Shown here: piece by piece, positions 50,226-61,119 of the stretch
How the letters are laid out: each line of letters starts with the position of its first letter
Position numbering within the stretch: position 1 is the stretch's first letter
Virus record (IMG/VR): IMGVR_UViG_3300036766_000806
Span: 1 to 64,000 of that record
DNA from: a virus
Direction: 5' to 3' (one strand)
Length of the DNA stretch: 64,000 bases
The notes under the pieces: model-generated
The model's database searches: none
What the model saw: the letters and a program-made list of their open reading frames with translations, nothing else
What the model was told of the DNA's origin: nothing
Position numbers and translations under genes: made by a program

Positions 50226-52068
50226 ATACTGTCTAAGCATATTGTGATGAACATAGAAGTATTGAGTACCTCCGAAGGTGAGGTTTACGCTTCGGTAGGA
50301 GATCTGTTGCTTCTGCTAAAAGATGCCAAAGAACATCCTGAAAAATATAATGAAGAAATGGTGACACGATTGGCAGAAGAAATCTTGGGAAAAAGAGAAG
50401 TAAAACCAGCAATAGAGAAACCTTTTTGATACTAATTGAGAAAGTCCTTGACTTTTTACAATTAGTAAGGTAGATTGTGGACACATATGAAAGATCAATC
50501 GCCAGAACCAGTCGAGTTGTTGGGAGCAAAATGGATTACGGACTACCCCGGCACTCCTGCGGGGCGCATTGTACGAGGAATGCTTGTATGTACTAATTGT
50601 CATCAATCTATATATCCCGGTGGCGGAAGCGATAGCGTATCAAGCGATTGTGCGCTGGCAGTTTATGGAACAAATAATCCGAGGAAGCCGACGAATTTTG
50701 TCTGCCCTCAATGTCGAGGCTTATTGAAATAATATGAGAATCCCAAAAAGAATAAAAGCCATTGAACTCAAACCTGGAGATATTCTCCGGTTAAATAAAA
50801 GACCAGAATACGGAGTTTATATTGCCAAAGTTGTTTACTCTCCAAAAGGGAAAGTATTGGCTTATTCCCGTTGTGGCAATAATCCTGTTACTGGTGAGGG
50901 ACTTTTGGCTAATCAATGGGTTACAATTCTTGTGGATGATGGAAACCGAAAAAAGAGTATGATGTAGAAACTCTTACTAATTTCTTCTGGGAAATCGCCA
51001 CGCTTGCTAGTAATTACAATGCAATTACTTCAAATGATTTTGAAAAAGCATTAAGGAAAGTTGATCCCGAGTGGTGGAGAGGTAATCCCGAAAATAATAT
51101 GGAGTGTGGTTATGCGGGTATATGTTCTGATACTAATGGGAACCCCGCCGATTCCTCGCCCGATCCCAACTAAATAATGACAATTGAAATATGAAAGAGA
51201 AAATCATAATTCATGGAGCCAATTTCAAAGCTTCTGTGATGGTAGATCCTTCTATTTGTCAGAATATTTACATGGAAGCCGCCACTCGGGTAATGGAAAA
51301 TACATTTGGTCACGGACCTGATTCGGAACTATCAGATGAATTCAATATTGAAATGGAAGATGATGATTTGCCATCTTTAGGGCCTATTATGTGTTGCCAT
51401 AAAGAAGGAATTAGTATGGATGATGAAAATAATGCGTATTGGGTATTTACCGAAAGAGTTGCGGAAAATGCTGGACTTCCAGAAATAGTAAAAATGTGCA
51501 TAAACGCTCGTGAAAAAATGACAAATGAAAACTGATTATAAACATACATTTCATTGTAATTGTGGAAAATCTATCACAGTAGAGCTTTCTTCGAATAATT
51601 CATACAATGTAGGAGAAGCCGTTGATAAAACTGGATGGACTTACGGAAGCTGTGAATATACTCAAAGAGCCGTTTGGTTATGTCCTGAATGTGCTGAGAA
51701 AGCGAAAAAATTAGCAAAAGAATTGTATGACTTAACTGGAACTCCATATTATTATGTGCGTTCTCTTTTGGAAAAAGAACTTGTAGACAAATGGTCTGAT
51801 GAACATAAATGATAGTTATTTATATGACAATTGTAGAAACACTTCGCAAACTGAAAGGAATAGATCCATCTCGAACCTATGGCGTTTCAATTAGACAATG
51901 GTGGCCTTACTATCAATCAGATCTCTCAGCAGAGGAGGCAGATATATATGTAAATCCTCCAAGCGACCATTATACTGCTCCTACGCTTGAAGAAGCTTTT
52001 ATTAAAGCGTCTATTGCAATTCTAAATGCGAAACCGCAAGTCCACGGTCATTAAGTGAAAGAACAGAT

Positions 52069-52467
52069 ATGAAAAAATATTTCGGTCTGACAATATGGCT
52101 GATTGTTGGTTCGGTTATTTCCCATTCATTCTTTCGCCATTATGGGGTGTCCGCTTCTATAGTGCAAGGATCATCAATGGAACCAACTTATCACAATAAC
52201 CAAAAGGTGTTTGTGAATGCTTGGACTCTTCTCTGGCGTAATCCTTATAAGGGCGAAGTAATTCTTGTTCGGGACTCACAAGATGGTAAAATTGATATGA
52301 AGAGGATTGCCGCTGTACCAGGTGATTTGGTAAATAAATCCGGAATAAACTCATACAAATTGAGAAAAGATGAATACTTTGTCTTGGGTGACAATTCAAA
52401 AAACAGTTATGACAGCCGTTATTACGGGCCAGTTACACGCAATCAAATCCTTGCTGTTGTAGAATAG
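52069..52467 (+). CDS. lepB: signal peptidase I (S26)
   Basis: TM, GSSMEPT, KRI and GDN..NS.DSR..GP motifs. Confidence 0.9.
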   Translation: MKKYFGLTIWLIVGSVISHSFFRHYGVSASIVQGSSMEPTYHNNQKVFVNAWTLLWRNPYKGEVILVRDSQDGKIDMKRIAAVPGDLVNKSGINSYKLRKDEYFVLGDNSKNSYDSRYYGPVTRNQILAVVE

Positions 52468-52470
52468 TTT

Positions 52471-53628
52471 ATGCACGTAGATATCTCAAAAATAGATACG
52501 ACTCAATTCATGATTCATGAGCATATCGTGAATGGAGAAATCCTATACCTTGTTCAGCCTCAGTTTATAGGAGTAAAATGGACTCAAGCCAACAAAATAT
52601 TCAGGTCAAGTGTGTGGAATAATGATGGAGAACTTGTTTCTGGTGCATTTCCAAAATTCATGAATTGGGGAGAGAATCCCGAACATTTTCCTGTCCCCAC
52701 TTCTCTCAAAGATGCCGTCATCACCGAGAAAATTGATGGCTCTCTTCTCATTGTATCAAAATATAAAGGCCAAATCATTCTTCGTACTCGTGGTACTTCG
52801 GATGCTCGAAAACTTGAGAAAAACGGGTATGAATTGGAAATCTTTGAACAAACCATATTGCCAGTGGTTGAATCAATGATGTTTTGTGAAGTAGCTGGAT
52901 TAGACACTTGGAGATTTTCAGTTCTTTTTGAATGGGTTTCTCCAAAGCAAAGAATAATTCTTAATTATGGTGATCAACCCGAATGGTATCTTGTTGGAAT
53001 TGTAGATCATAATGACTATTCTATATTTTCTCAAGAAATGTTGAATGGTTATGCCTTGCAGCATAATTTTAGGCGTCCTCCTGTTTATACTTTTCCCACC
53101 ATTGAGGATTTAATGTCAAATGTGGAAGCATGGAAAGGCAAAGAAGGAGTTGTTATTTATTCCAATCAAGGACAATCTTTACATAAAGTCAAAGGATTTT
53201 GGTATCTTGCTCTGCATCGTATGAAAGAAGCTCTTTCATCAATAGATAAAGTTATTGATGTATGGTATGAGCAAGGTGAACCATCATATACTAATTTTGA
53301 GGCTTATATTACCGGACAATTTGATTACGAATTATGGACTCAAATTCGTCCGGAAGCCAGCAGAATATGTGATGCCGCTAAAGATGTTCAACAAATAATT
53401 GCTGGTATGCAAAAGTTTGTTGATGAAACTCTAAAACCTTTACCAACTCGCAAGGCACAGGCAGAAAAAGTATTATCTAGTTACGGAAAAACGAACAGAA
53501 GTCAATTTGTATTCAAACTGCTTGACCGGAAGCCTCTTGGGGACGAAGATAGGAAGAAACTTTTGTATCAATGCCTCAAAAAACAGTCAGTTAAATTCTT
53601 ACAGAAGTGTGGTAGAGTTGTCGTATGA
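52471..53628 (+). CDS. RNA ligase (Rnl1-like nucleotidyltransferase)
   Basis: FPKF.N.GE, EKIDGS, FEW, EGVV and KVK..Y motifs. Confidence 0.8.
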   Translation: MHVDISKIDTTQFMIHEHIVNGEILYLVQPQFIGVKWTQANKIFRSSVWNNDGELVSGAFPKFMNWGENPEHFPVPTSLKDAVITEKIDGSLLIVSKYKGQIILRTRGTSDARKLEKNGYELEIFEQTILPVVESMMFCEVAGLDTWRFSVLFEWVSPKQRIILNYGDQPEWYLVGIVDHNDYSIFSQEMLNGYALQHNFRRPPVYTFPTIEDLMSNVEAWKGKEGVVIYSNQGQSLHKVKGFWYLALHRMKEALSSIDKVIDVWYEQGEPSYTNFEAYITGQFDYELWTQIRPEASRICDAAKDVQQIIAGMQKFVDETLKPLPTRKAQAEKVLSSYGKTNRSQFVFKLLDRKPLGDEDRKKLLYQCLKKQSVKFLQKCGRVVV

Positions 53629-56600
53629 ATAAAAACGCTACATCATCGAATGTATCCTATATCATTGTGTATGGGTGTCCTGAAAATCCTCCTGTAGGTG
53701 AGACATCTGCTTTCCTAAAAGTTGGAGTCACGACTGATCACGGAATGAACAAAAGGTTCGATGACTATCTTGGACACTATCCGGACAAAAAAATGTCTGA
53801 TATTCATACACGACAAATCAAGTACGATCTCTCCCTATTCAGGCTAACAAAAACCAACACTTTCCTGATAGAAAAAGTGGATGGAAAAAATGTCGAGCCA
53901 GATGAATTCATTCACAAAATGCTCCGTCTCAAGGGTTACAAAAATCCAGATAAAGGTGATGCCAAAGGCAAGCACAGGACCAGTGAGGTTTTTATTGATC
54001 TTCCGTGGAATGTGGTAGATGATTGTATTACAATCGCTATTAATAACTTTTGGAACTGGAAATCTTGTAAAAAGGTTCTTTCTGCAAACAAACCTTCTCT
54101 CCATCTTTATCTCTGGCAAGCATGGAATATTGCAAAACGAGCAGATGTCAGAAGAGCACTCCCGAATGAAGATGTAATCGCAGAGTTTTCATGTCCTCGG
54201 TTCGGCAAGACTATCCGAGAGTTGTACGAGTTTTACAAGAGCGATAGAAACTTGCTTGTCCTTGTTCAATATAACCTCAGTCCTGTGACATCCTTCTTCA
54301 CTGAGATTGAGTCTTGGGCAGAATTTGCTGAAATAGAGACTTATGATGCCACCGATTCGTTGGTGGAGATAAGTAGCCTTCCTCCTGATCTTACGAATGG
54401 GAAGAAAGTTATTGCTATATCCTTGTGTGGAGAGAAAGACAGGGATAAGAATGAAGAATTCTGTAAGTACCTAAAACTTCACGCCGAAGCATCTAAAACT
54501 ATCATCAAAATGGATGAGGTAGATTTTGGTGCCGCTACAGAGAAGAGCAAATACAAGCTAGAAAAGATCAAGAATTCACTCAAAGGAGTGAAAGTTGATA
54601 TTTTCTCTGGAACCGGCGAGGATAAAGTCAATTTTAAGATGGAGTTAGATGACAGGGTAAAAGCATCTGCTATCAGAACTGGCTATATCGAGTTGCTCCT
54701 TATCAAACGGGGCACTCATTATCTGTTTACTCCGGAATACCGACTTTCTCTCGATCCTTCGAGGAATAAGTTCGAAATTGAATTCCTTGACAAAATTGGT
54801 GCCACTAATTATCGCAGTCCCGAGGGGTTGATTAAACCAGTTTTTTTCGGACTCAGCGTGGGCGATGATATCTGGAGAAATATTGACAAAGTTCATAATG
54901 AAAAAGGAGATTATGATCCTCGTCTTGGATTTGCTTATGGCAAGATCAACAAAATGCCATTCAAATATGTTACTGTCCATCAGAACATATGGAGACAATT
55001 TCTTGGTGTTGATAAGTTAGCCGGCGGGCGACTTGACTACAAGCAATTTACTGCCGGCAAACCATTGCGAGTTATTCTAACATGGGTAAGTGCTGGTGGT
55101 GGGATGACTAAGGAAAAACTACACGATCTTACCGATGTCGTAGGCAATGATCCGGATATAGCTAAAGAATGGTTGGTCGTTCCCGTTTGTGGAAAGAAAA
55201 AGTGGGGAGCGTTTAGCAAAGGTGGAAAAACTGCCACAAATAATCGCAATGCAGAGCGATTTGCTAATACCTGGATTGACCGTGCTAAAAAAGAAGGAAA
55301 AGGTGTCATTTTCTTTGCTATGATATTGGCTCAACGAAGTTTCAGCGTATCTCGTATTGATGCCATAATGTTCTATCGTGATGACCTTCCTGCGGACTCT
55401 GCCGAACAGAAATTATCACGGGTTCTCACACCTGGTAAAGATTTCTATGGAGCAGACAAAAAGTGTGGATATATCTTTGATCTTTCTTTGACACCAAACT
55501 CATCTGTCATCGAAAACTATATCTTTAGCGAAATCAATGAGCAGGCAAGAAATGGCATTTCTGCCAAGGTAGCTGCTACCAAGTTCTTTGAGGTTATTGA
55601 TGTGTTCCGAATGAACCAGCTTGGCCTTGTTGAGAAACAGGTAACGTTTTCGGATGCCGACTTTACTTCCTATGCCAAAGCATGTCGTACAATGTATGCT
55701 CGGACAGAAATCCGTGATATGGTTCTAGCTATGGGAGATATGGGTGCTTTCATGGACTTTGTTCGATGGGCGTCTACCAGGAAATCTCTCACCAATCAGC
55801 AACGGGATGTGCTCAAAGGGTTTGTTAAAGGTGCCAAGCTTAATGATGGAAAGATAACTAAGCATCACCACCCTTCGGATGAAGATGATAATGCAAAGCG
55901 TCCTATAGATGGATTTACTCAGGCAATGGTACTTGCCCGTCGCTTGCTCTATGAGAGCGTTCTTAACATGGCAGCGATTCACTGTTCGGTGAAGAATATC
56001 AAGCTGTCAGACATCGAAAAAAATCAGATAAAGTACAGTGACATTCTTGCTACTATCGAAAGTAATCCGACCGCTTTTGATCTTTTTAAGGATCATTTTA
56101 AGTTCGACTCGGACGAACAAGCTACAAAGATATTGGGATACATTCAGAGGATGCCGCTGGATGATAAGCTTACTGCTAACCTTCATAGTGTCATTCTCGA
56201 AACTGCCTTCGGAAAGGATTGGAAAAATGATGATCTGAATGACTATCTTTACACGGATACTGACGATGGAAAAATCCACACACCAATGAGTCTGGTTGGT
56301 GAAATGATGAATAAGTGGATTGCCGTTGCCAGGGGACATAATGACGATCCTCGTACAATGAAGTTTCTTGACCCTCACTGTAAGACGGGTTCATTCTTGC
56401 GATGGATACACCAGACACTAAAAGACGATGGAGTATCTGAGGAAAATATTCAGAAGCAGGTAATGGGAATTGAGAATGACCCGGTGTATCTGGTGCTTGC
56501 TCGGCATATATCGGGGATTGATAATATCCAGTATAAAAACTTGATTGATGACGAGGAACTTGCTATATTTACTAGCGAGAACATGAAGAAGTTTGATGTC

Positions 56601-57449
56601 ATCGTTGGAAATGCCCCCTACCAAGCACCCGCCAATAAGGAACGTAAAGGCGGTTCTCCCAAGAGCATTTGGGAGAAGTTTGTCCATCTATCTTTATCCT
56701 GTTTGAAGGATGGTGGATACCTATGCTATATTCATCCTTCTCGATGGCGTAAGCCCGAAGACGAGTTGTGGAATGTGCTTGGAAGTAAACAGATAATATG
56801 GCTTAAAATCTATGATAACGCCGCCGCCACTGACCTGTTCGGAGTAGGCACTACGGCTGATTGCTACGTGCTAAAGAATACCCCCTATATCTCTCCCACC
56901 ACGGTTATTGACTGTGACGGGAAAGAACATACAATTGACTTCCGAGAGTGGGAGTGGCCTCCCAGTGCTGAGTATGAACTAATCAAATCCATTATTGCCC
57001 ACGGCGACGATGAAAAATGTGAAGTGCTCTACGATTGCGTTTATCACAACCAGCGAAAAGATGTAGTTAATGGAGAAGAACCGAATGGGGCGTTCGTCAA
57101 CCCATGTGTCAATCACACCAAAAAGAATGGAATAATTGAATATCTCTATTCCAACACCAAGGAGCGTGGGCATTTCGGTATTACAAAGGTCATTGTTGCA
57201 GATAATGGGCATGTGAGACCGATAAACGACAGTGAAGGAAAATTAGGAATGACCGAATGTTGCTTCGCTATAACCTCGGTTGGAAAATCTGACTGCGAGC
57301 AAGTATGTAATGCCCTTTCCTCGGATAAGTTTGCTAAGGTAGTGTGGGCAACAAAATGGGGGAATTATAGGACAGAATACAGGATGTTCCGCTACTTTCG
57401 CAAAGACTTCTGGAAGGATTTCCTCCCCGCCAATGAGTCACACCCGTAA
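53625..57449 (+). CDS. nuclease-like + SF2 helicase-like + gamma-class adenine methyltransferase fusion
   Basis: KVGVTT (GIY-YIG/T5orf172-like), CPRFGKT, DEVDFG, SGT, Q..SR, FLDPHCKTG and IVGNAPY motifs. Confidence 0.75.
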   Translation: MNKNATSSNVSYIIVYGCPENPPVGETSAFLKVGVTTDHGMNKRFDDYLGHYPDKKMSDIHTRQIKYDLSLFRLTKTNTFLIEKVDGKNVEPDEFIHKMLRLKGYKNPDKGDAKGKHRTSEVFIDLPWNVVDDCITIAINNFWNWKSCKKVLSANKPSLHLYLWQAWNIAKRADVRRALPNEDVIAEFSCPRFGKTIRELYEFYKSDRNLLVLVQYNLSPVTSFFTEIESWAEFAEIETYDATDSLVEISSLPPDLTNGKKVIAISLCGEKDRDKNEEFCKYLKLHAEASKTIIKMDEVDFGAATEKSKYKLEKIKNSLKGVKVDIFSGTGEDKVNFKMELDDRVKASAIRTGYIELLLIKRGTHYLFTPEYRLSLDPSRNKFEIEFLDKIGATNYRSPEGLIKPVFFGLSVGDDIWRNIDKVHNEKGDYDPRLGFAYGKINKMPFKYVTVHQNIWRQFLGVDKLAGGRLDYKQFTAGKPLRVILTWVSAGGGMTKEKLHDLTDVVGNDPDIAKEWLVVPVCGKKKWGAFSKGGKTATNNRNAERFANTWIDRAKKEGKGVIFFAMILAQRSFSVSRIDAIMFYRDDLPADSAEQKLSRVLTPGKDFYGADKKCGYIFDLSLTPNSSVIENYIFSEINEQARNGISAKVAATKFFEVIDVFRMNQLGLVEKQVTFSDADFTSYAKACRTMYARTEIRDMVLAMGDMGAFMDFVRWASTRKSLTNQQRDVLKGFVKGAKLNDGKITKHHHPSDEDDNAKRPIDGFTQAMVLARRLLYESVLNMAAIHCSVKNIKLSDIEKNQIKYSDILATIESNPTAFDLFKDHFKFDSDEQATKILGYIQRMPLDDKLTANLHSVILETAFGKDWKNDDLNDYLYTDTDDGKIHTPMSLVGEMMNKWIAVARGHNDDPRTMKFLDPHCKTGSFLRWIHQTLKDDGVSEENIQKQVMGIENDPVYLVLARHISGIDNIQYKNLIDDEELAIFTSENMKKFDVIVGNAPYQAPANKERKGGSPKSIWEKFVHLSLSCLKDGGYLCYIHPSRWRKPEDELWNVLGSKQIIWLKIYDNAAATDLFGVGTTADCYVLKNTPYISPTTVIDCDGKEHTIDFREWEWPPSAEYELIKSIIAHGDDEKCEVLYDCVYHNQRKDVVNGEEPNGAFVNPCVNHTKKNGIIEYLYSNTKERGHFGITKVIVADNGHVRPINDSEGKLGMTECCFAITSVGKSDCEQVCNALSSDKFAKVVWATKWGNYRTEYRMFRYFRKDFWKDFLPANESHP

Positions 57450-57903
57450 ACATGCCAAACAAGCCATTAAGCAGCGTGGGGAAGTATTTACACCGACTCC
57501 GCTGGTTAATGAAATGTTAGACAAGCTCCCGAAAGAATTATTCCTAGATCCCGATAAGACTTTTCTGGATAATTCGTGTGGTAATGGCAATTTTTTAGTG
57601 GCGGTGCTTGAAAGAAAAATGCAGAATGGCATATCCCATAAACAAGCACTTAATACTATCTATGGAGTAGAGATAGATGAAAATAATTCCAAAGAATGCA
57701 GACAAAGATTATCTCTTGGGAGTCAAACCCCAGAAATATGGACAATTCTTGAAAATAATATTATCACCGCCGATGGTCTCGATCCCAATCACCCCGGTTG
57801 GATTAAAGTAGGTTTCTATTGGGATAGAGAAGGATTACCCAAGATCATAATAGACATTATGACTCATTGGAATGAACAAATAAAGAATGGAGAAACATGG
57901 TAA
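57433..57903 (+). CDS. short SAM-binding methyltransferase subunit
   Basis: GEVFTP, FLDNSCGNGNFL and YGVEI; no NPPY motif. Confidence 0.8.
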   Translation: MSHTRKHAKQAIKQRGEVFTPTPLVNEMLDKLPKELFLDPDKTFLDNSCGNGNFLVAVLERKMQNGISHKQALNTIYGVEIDENNSKECRQRLSLGSQTPEIWTILENNIITADGLDPNHPGWIKVGFYWDREGLPKIIIDIMTHWNEQIKNGETW

Positions 57904-57967
57904 TAAAATCTTCCACTTGAAGAAATAACTGCTTGACTTTTTATAGCAGTATGATATAATGTTGAAC

Positions 57968-58933
57968 ATGAAAGCACTAAAAATTGTTGGTCTAATTTTC
58001 TTTGTGGGGTTGATAATTCTTGGAATGACGGGATGTAGCAAACCTCCCCGAGGATTTTACGTATCCCAAAATTCCAAAACAACTTGCTGTTTGGAATTCA
58101 AAAATGGTGGAAAAGTTATAATCCGGGATTTGCATTCAATGTTTGTGGATGTGCAAACGTACACAGTTGAGAAAAACGTTGTCAGAATAAACCAGTTCAG
58201 ATTAGGAGGAGTATCATCCGTAATTGAATTCAGCATAGATGGAAACAGACTAATCAGTGCTAATGGATTACAGTTCAAAAAGGATACTTCTGGGAAAAGT
58301 TATACCCCAATGGAACGCATTGCGGAACTCAATAAAGTTAGATCCGAGACTGATAAGATACAATCGCAAATACTTCTTACTAACAAATGGTTAGAAATCA
58401 AAAAAGAGGAGCGACGATTATCCGAGATTAGATTTCAACAAGAGTCCCAACGATTAACATGGGAACAAGTTAAAAGATTCGCCGATGCAAAGCGAGTGGC
58501 AGATGAAAAAGAAGCTGCACGACTTAAAGCTATTGCGGACAAAGAATATGCGAAAAGAGTTGCTGCGGCATATCTTCCAGTATTCACTAACCAAATTGTT
58601 ACTATAATGTGTAATGATGGTATTACTTATAGTAATATTTCGCTTGCAGGATCAACTTTGGATGGCATCACTTATCGCATTCCCGAAAAAACCGAAGGAG
58701 GATGTATTTCTTATTTAAGAATAACTCCTGAAATCTTGGAAGAATTACATATCAATACAAATCTTGTTGATGTAGCAAGAGATCGTCTCACTCAAAAAAC
58801 TAACTCACCCCAAGTAATCGTTGTGCCTGTCCAACGTTTACAAGAACGGAGAGCTAATAATGCAGAGAGCAGGGCGGCGGAAGCATTTAGAAAACAATAT
58901 GGGTTGGATAGATATGGTAAAAGAGTTAAATAA
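57968..58933 (+). CDS. putative lipoprotein
   Basis: Signal peptide with MTGC lipobox-like motif; leaderless promoter at 57933-57960. Confidence 0.7.
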   Translation: MKALKIVGLIFFVGLIILGMTGCSKPPRGFYVSQNSKTTCCLEFKNGGKVIIRDLHSMFVDVQTYTVEKNVVRINQFRLGGVSSVIEFSIDGNRLISANGLQFKKDTSGKSYTPMERIAELNKVRSETDKIQSQILLTNKWLEIKKEERRLSEIRFQQESQRLTWEQVKRFADAKRVADEKEAARLKAIADKEYAKRVAAAYLPVFTNQIVTIMCNDGITYSNISLAGSTLDGITYRIPEKTEGGCISYLRITPEILEELHINTNLVDVARDRLTQKTNSPQVIVVPVQRLQERRANNAESRAAEAFRKQYGLDRYGKRVK

Positions 58934-59393
58934 TTCACTTGACTTTTCCATCATAATGTCCACAGAAAATAAACATTACAAATGTCCTCAGTGCAAGAGC
59001 GAAAATACGGTTATATTTGACCGATGCAGTATTTGTGAAGAACAACATCTTCATATGGAATGTAAAGATTGTGGATATCATTGGAACGAATGGACAATCA
59101 CCGACAAAAAAGCGTGGTGTTGTGGAGATCCCGATAGATATCCTTGGACACCCTTAAAATAATCCACTTGACATTTTATACAGATGTGGTATAGTAGTAT
59201 ATGAAAATGAAACTCGCAAAGAAATGTTTATTTTGGATACTTTTCCTCCCACTTGGAATGTTGATGTTTATTTTGGACTTTATGGGATGGATAGCTGAAT
59301 CATACGGTAATTTGTTAGAGGTTTATGAAAGATGGACATTCCTCAAATAAATAATTCACTTGACTTTTTATAAACCCGTGGTATATTGTGGGC

Positions 59394-59960
59394 ATGAATA
59401 CTAAAGCATTTTGGGTTTCGTATGTTGTGACTGATAGGGGCAGATTACTATTTATGCTCGTGATATTGCTTTTATTCCTTATCCCCATCGCATATTTTCT
59501 TCACTTAACAGCACATATGAATAGGGACAATCAAATTATCGGCTTAGCTTCTGCGACTATTGTTTTGTTTATTATTTTTATAGCAAGCTTAATCACTCTT
59601 GCCAAAAGCGAAAAACAAACCGAACGACTTCAACGTGATCTGAGTTGGTATCAAACAAATCATCTCTCGAAACAAGGTGCCACAACTTTATGGCCTGGAG
59701 CCAAGGGTCAGATGATCGATTATCATCTTTACAGTCTCGATGCTGGCAGAAATTGGTACGCTATTGAAAGGAAAGGTGAGGAAATCATTATCAAAGGTGA
59801 AACGGAAAAAATCTATCCAGGTTTATTGAAACACTTGGACAACTGGGATAAGTTATGGAAACATGTTGAAGCCAATGGCCCGCTCAATCCAAGTAAAAGC
59901 GAAGATGTCAAGTTTTTGGAAAGTATTGGGTTTACCGTCACCAACGCAGAAGCAAAATAA
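59394..59960 (+). CDS. two-TM membrane protein
   Basis: Hydrophobic segments; leaderless promoter at 59360-59387. Confidence 0.7.
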   Translation: MNTKAFWVSYVVTDRGRLLFMLVILLLFLIPIAYFLHLTAHMNRDNQIIGLASATIVLFIIFIASLITLAKSEKQTERLQRDLSWYQTNHLSKQGATTLWPGAKGQMIDYHLYSLDAGRNWYAIERKGEEIIIKGETEKIYPGLLKHLDNWDKLWKHVEANGPLNPSKSEDVKFLESIGFTVTNAEAK

Positions 59961-59969
59961 TCATAATAT

Positions 59970-60581
59970 GTGGGTGTTCAACTACATCTTGAAAGTTGTA
60001 AAGGATGCAAGCGGGCCATGCATACAAACTCCAAAAGTCAATGTCCGCATTGCGGATATGACTACTCTATTGAATTAGGTATGAAAAAAGAAACAAAAGA
60101 ACAAACCGCCGTTATACGTTACGATACAATGGTACTTGGTTTTGCTATCGCAGAGCTTGGTGAGGCCATTAGTTCGCAAAAAATGGAGGATTGTTTACGT
60201 CATGCTCAAAACGCCCAAAAGTATATCAATGAGTTTGCGAACAATGTAGCTCCTTCACCAGCTTTGACAGAGAAGGAAGCAGACTATTCGGCATCTTTAC
60301 ATACCTATATGCGAAAAGGTATGATTGACAGTCCTTTGGGTAGTATGATGTGGTCTCTTATCAATGAAAGCCGAGGAGAGGCCATTTGGTTTGCTTTTAT
60401 TAAGGCCGTAGCCAATTCCAAGTATGTTGCCAAGGAAGCCTTTCACGAGGGTATGAAGGCAGCAAAAGAACAACTACATAAAGGTCATAATACTACCGAT
60501 GACTGGCTTATGTATAGTTGTCTACAAATGTGGGAAGAAGGTTTTCCGGATGCGTTAGAATGGATTGGGGAAGAAAGTTAG
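59970..60581 (+). CDS. hypothetical protein
   Basis: 203-aa ORF with N-terminal CxxC pairs; start uncertain. Confidence 0.55.
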   Translation: MGVQLHLESCKGCKRAMHTNSKSQCPHCGYDYSIELGMKKETKEQTAVIRYDTMVLGFAIAELGEAISSQKMEDCLRHAQNAQKYINEFANNVAPSPALTEKEADYSASLHTYMRKGMIDSPLGSMMWSLINESRGEAIWFAFIKAVANSKYVAKEAFHEGMKAAKEQLHKGHNTTDDWLMYSCLQMWEEGFPDALEWIGEES

Positions 60582-61119
60582 TCTAATTATGGACATCAAA
60601 AGAGATTTAAATGTTACTTGCACAGAGGGAGACCTTGAAATCCAAATGGGCCGGGTTTTAACTACATTTTCATATAAAGGGCAAGATAAGTTTGTATTCC
60701 GAAATGTGGAACTTGACTCTCTCATTGCTTTACTTACTACAGCTAAGAAAGAACTGGATAGTTTCTACAATGAACTGAAAAATCATAAAGAAACTTAAAC
60801 ATATGGGTTGGTCAATAGACATCAAAGTAGATAAACCTATCACAGAAGGAATAATCCAATCTTGCCTGGATGAACTTCCTCCTGTTCTTCGAGAACACTT
60901 TGATAATGAGGGTTTAGGAGGATATTCCAAACAATCATGGGGATGGAGTTGTGCGGTAGATGTTAATTTTCCTACGGAGGATGGTTGGTATATTAGTGGA
61001 GCATATTGGAGTTGGAAACTCGGTATGCCTTTTGCCAAAGCATTAGCAGCATTGTTAGAAAAGTATGGGTACGCAGTAACGTTGGGAGAACAACTATCTT
61101 AACAACGAAACAAAATAAT

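Noticed and set aside
53844-57212. Numerous antisense ORFs inside long genes, here and throughout the window
   Set aside because: They are shadow frames of well-supported genes and have no motifs or expression signals.
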